Below are positions 62,212 to 64,000 of a stretch of DNA of 64,000 nucleotides, piece after piece; the stretch's first letter is position 1, and each line of letters opens with the position of its first letter. Below the pieces are notes generated by a model that saw only the letters and a program-made list of their open reading frames with translations, was not told where the DNA came from and searched no databases. The stretch is from Eledone cirrhosa (lineage: Eukaryota). The stretch spans positions 219,294,001 through 219,358,000 of the forward strand of contig OZ024743.1 in the NCBI GenBank assembly GCA_964016885.1, in the 5' to 3' direction. Position numbers and translations under genes: made by a program.

Positions 62212-64000
62212 AACATAAAGCCACCAAACCGCCATTTCTTCATTAAGGACTCGTGTCCGGAAGAGGTTTCCTCGTGGATACAGGAGCCTCCTGTAGTATT
62301 TGGCCGGTCTATTGCCTGAAAGATACCCCTATAGAGTCATTTGTTACGCTGCAGGCAGTTAACCACTCGTCTATAAAGACGTACGGGCAAATCTCGCTTC
62401 CTCTCAAATTCCTAAATCTTCGTAGGGATTTTAAGTGGATTTTTACGGTTGCCGATTTGACATACCCCATCTTAGGAGCGGATTTCCTCCACAACTTCTC
62501 TTTAACTGGGGACGTCCGTGGCCAACGCCTGGTGGATAACATCACCGGCTTTTCAATTCATGGCCAGGAAGCCAATGCTCCAATAGTCAGCCCCATGTTC
62601 TTCGTCGCTGCCGCTGGAGACGCCTACCATTCGTTGCTGAGTTCTTTCCCGGAGCTCACGGATGGAAATTTTCGAGTCACTGACCCAACACACTCGACCG
62701 AACATTTCGTTTCCACCACCGGTGCTCCAGTGTTTTCGCGTCCACGCCGCTTACCGACGGAAAAATTAAAGGCAGCACGGTCCGAGTTCGACCATATGTT
62801 GCAGCTGGGCATTATTCGCCCATCTACGAGTCCTTGGGCTTCACCGTTACACATGGTGCCCAAGACTTCCGGCGACTGGAGACCCACTGGGGATTATAGG
62901 AGGTTAAATGCCATGACCGTCCCGGATAGGTATCCCATTCCCCATCTCCATGATTTTGCATCTTCACTGCAGGGGTGTAAGATTTTTTCTAAGTTAGATT
63001 TAGTGCGAGCCTACCACCAAATTCCGGTCAGGAAGGAGGATATTCCGAAAACGGCGATTACAACCCCTTTCGGATCCTTCGAATTTTTTACCATGCCTTT
63101 CGGACTCAGGAACGCCCCTAGCACTTTTCAGCGGTTCATAGACGAGGTCACGCGTGGTCTGGACTTCGTTTATGCTTACATAGACGATATTCTCGTCGCT
63201 AGATCCTCTCCGGAAGAGCATATGCGCCACATGCTTCTCTTATTTCGGCGACTTCAGGATTACCGCGTTCGCGTGAATCCAGCAAAGTGTGTTTTCAGTT
63301 CCACTTCCCTAAATTTTTTAGGTCACCTCATCGACGCCGAAGGTATTAGGCCGCTCCCTCAGCGAGTTCAAGCCATACAGGAGTTACCTCCGCCTACTAC
63401 ACTTCACCAGTTGCGTCACTTCTTAGGCCTAATCAATTTCTATAGGCGTTTCGTTCCTCATTGTGCTAATTTGCTATCTTCCCTTACTGACATTTTAAAA
63501 AATCCTCGTAAGAAGAATGAGGATATTTCCTTGACACAAGGACAGCTTCAAGACTTCCAGTCTGCCAAGACAGCACTCGCTAATTCATCTTTGCTAGCCC
63601 ACCCGGTACCAGAGGCCAAGCTTTCGCTTTGTGTTGATGCATCTGATACCGCTGTGGGAGCAGTTTTACAGCAGTCCTACGCTGAAAACCAACAACCTTT
63701 GGCATTTTTCTCGAGGAAGTTGAAACCAGCAGAAACGCGTTATAGCACGTTTGGGCGGGAATTATTAGCCATATATCTGTCGGTGAAACATTTCTCTCAT
63801 ATTCTTGAGGGGAGAAATTTTACAGTTTTTACCGAACACAAACCTTTGACCTTCGCTTTGAGGGCCAAAGCCGACAGATATTCGCCCAGAGAGACAAGGC
63901 ACCTGGACTACGTTTCACAATTTACAAACGATATCCAGCACATTGCCGGCCCGCACAACATAGCTGCAGACGCATTGTCACGTTTGCCAATTAGCCCCAT
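62170..64000 (+). CDS. pol: Pol (protease, RT, RNase H) in the -1 frame; one 1-nt deletion near 62254; open to the window end
   Basis: [53 protein letters not shown] (~63177), [18 protein letters not shown] and ADALSRLP. Confidence 0.9.

Larger units (their letters stand above)
60463..64000 (+). mobile_element. Ty3/Gypsy LTR retrotransposon, CsRn1 clade, truncated by the window end
   Basis: 5' LTR, tRNA-Trp PBS, gag with CHCC motif, and pol in PR-RT-RNase H order. Confidence 0.93.

Overview
This is AT-rich animal DNA, not prokaryotic. The repeat families look like those of a coleoid cephalopod (Octopus-like); that assignment is an inference from recalled repeat motifs. The window is almost entirely transposons and tandem repeats. 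The only host coding sequence I can support is one minus-strand exon (44390-44696). It encodes the N-terminus and TM1 of an SLC12A9-like cation-chloride cotransporter and ends at a clean GTAAG donor. I found no second exon, so 1-44389 may be one very large intron. Retroelements: three related subfamilies (A, B, C) of an RTE-clade LINE with (GAT)n tails, including one intact ~1037-aa APE-RT copy (13557-16670) with a PHD-type Cys4-His-Cys3 finger inside the RT C-terminus; a GC-rich, unrelated RTE copy; Tx1/L1-like, CRE-like and CR1-like relics; a Penelope-like element with a minimal hammerhead ribozyme; a CsRn1-clade Gypsy element (tRNA-Trp PBS, CHCC Gag, -1 frameshift signal) running off the right end; and a related solo LTR. 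There are also mariner, hAT and piggyBac MITEs, tRNA-derived SINEs, a ~5.2-kb 43-bp satellite, a 32-34-bp minisatellite and microsatellites. No CRISPR array, rRNA or genuine tRNA gene is present. The most interesting observations concern the RTE family: the PHD finger in the RT, 5'-end sequence echoed in the 3' UTR, a two-tailed back-to-back insertion, and (TA)n targeting. Everything was read by eye; no searches were run.
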